Shown here piece after piece: positions 62,569 through 64,000 of a stretch of 64,000 bases of DNA; positions within the stretch are counted from its first letter, which is position 1; the number at the start of each line of letters is the position of its first letter. The stretch lies in contig NC_042998.1 in assembly GCF_006345805.1 (NCBI RefSeq), forward strand, positions 51,708,001 through 51,772,000, given 5' to 3'. The notes beneath the pieces are model-generated. The model did not search any database and had not been told where the DNA came from. It worked only from the letters and a program-made list of their open reading frames with translations. This DNA is from Octopus sinensis. Its lineage: Eukaryota. Both the position numbers and the translations under genes were made by a program.

Positions 62569-63075
62569 AGTGTACACACACAATGGGAGTCTTCCAGTTT
62601 TCGTCTACCAAATCCACTAACAAGGCTTTGGTCGACCCGAGGCTATAGTAGAAGACACTTGCCTAATGTTCCATGCAGTGGGACTGAGGCCGGAACCATG
62701 TGGTTGGGAAGCAAGCTTCTTACCACACAGCCATACCCGGAATTTCTTACAATCCGTTCTTAAATTACAAGCAGGAACTTCAATTTCTCGTGGTCTCCAA
62801 TCTAGTTTACAAATACCTTGCATAGACTAGTATATTGTTCAATAGAAAATAAATAAAATTCGCTTCATTTATACTAATATACAGGTATTTGCATTTCATT
62901 TGATTGTCTGAGTAAATTTAACACTTGTTTTAATTAATAATTGAGCACTTTAATTAAGAGGTGGTTCGGAAAAATCAGAAATCTAGAAAAACTTTGGAGC
63001 TAAAGGGTTTTGAAAATCGTTGGCGTACTTGTATAGTATACGCTATTCAAATATATATGATTAAAAAATGTATAT

Positions 63076-63384
63076 GAAGGCGCATGGCTCAGTGGTTAGA
63101 GCGTCAATCTTACGACCGTGAGATTATGAGTTCGAGTCCCGGACTGGGCTGTGTGTTGTGTTCTTGAGCAAGACACTTTATTTCACGTTGCTCCAGTTCA
63201 CCCAGCTGTAGAAATGAGCTGCGACGTCACTTGTGCCAAGCTGTATTGGCCTTTGCCTTGGATAACATCGGTGGCGTGGAGAGGGGACGCTGGTATTCCA
63301 TAAAACAACCTTGCCCGGACTTGTGCCTCGGAGGAGAACTTTCTAGGTGCAATCCCATAGTCACTCGTGACCAAAGGGAGTCTC
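63076..63384 (+). mobile_element. tRNA-headed SINE family C
   Basis: A box TGGCTCAGTGG, B box GAGTTCGAGTC; body colinear with 61295-61632. Confidence 0.85.
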
Positions 63385-63425
63385 AAATGATGTCGTTGAT
63401 GTCATAGTCAGGGTAGGGTCTAGAC

Positions 63426-63939
63426 CAGGGGTGAGAAAAACCGCGGGCGCAATTGCGTCCGCGAGCCCGTTTTATTGTGCCCGCAGGCTGATGTACTCAT
63501 TTGTACAAAATATAATAAATTTTTCAATCATAAAATTCATACAATATTCGTATGCCTATTTGCGACATAGGTCGCGTTTCCACTACAACTTAATATGGTC
63601 AGAAATCCTCCGGTAATTACCATTTGAATAGAAATTTTGTTTTCACTATAAAACACATATTGCTAAGTTTGTACCACTCGCCTGAGACCCAACTTCACTT
63701 TAGCTGAAAAATATAGAATACCTCATAAATAATATAAACGTTCTAAATTCAGTGGCGGCATCAATGAAGATGTTACGCATTAATTTAACGTGTTAAACTT
63801 ATCTTTATTAATGTATATCAAATTTTACTAGATATATATATGATTTACACAGATATAAGGGTTAGGACCTGAGATCCGCCCACGGACTTTTCTCTTAGGA
63901 AATTTTTGCCCGCCGCACTAAAAAGTTTCCCCACCCCTG
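63426..63939. mobile_element. hAT MITE with perfect 8-bp TSD
   Basis: GTCTAGAC|CAGGGGTGAGAAAAA...AAAGTTTCCCCACCCCTG|GTCTAGAC; NTCTAGAN is the Charlie/Buster-type target preference. Confidence 0.9.
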
Positions 63940-64000
63940 GTCTAGACAGATTATGGATTTCATTCTTGGTTTTTATTCCTCTACTCAAGTATGTCGGTGG

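Overview
AT-rich, repeat-dense animal genomic DNA. The SINE, RTE and microsatellite content is most consistent with an octopus-type coleoid cephalopod; this is an inference from recognised repeat styles, not a database match. One host gene is identifiable: coding exon 1 of the Pol II elongation factor ELL on the minus strand (32132-32007), with two CCAAT boxes upstream. No downstream ELL exon could be found with confidence, so 1-32006 is probably one very long first intron. The rest is a mobile-element landscape: four tRNA-headed or Pol III-type SINE families, RTE LINE fragments and 3'UTR copies, a fossil hAT transposase, an internally deleted Tigger, a solo zinc-knuckle ORF1, Helitron-like pieces, and several MITE families (piggyBac-like, hAT, Merlin-like, mariner, Kolobok-like). 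The most striking observation is a tRNA-headed element with a Penelope-type tail containing a minimal type I hammerhead ribozyme motif. It occurs twice (38229-38737, 47120-47505) as a head-to-head inverted insertion bounded by a 13-bp TSD, with the same asymmetric architecture at both loci, which suggests a retrozyme-like SINE copied from a dimeric RNA. No rRNA, genuine tRNA gene or CRISPR array is present. Most ORF-track entries are microsatellite or repeat artefacts. Repeat coordinates are read by eye and accurate to a few bases only where TSDs or TIRs are quoted.
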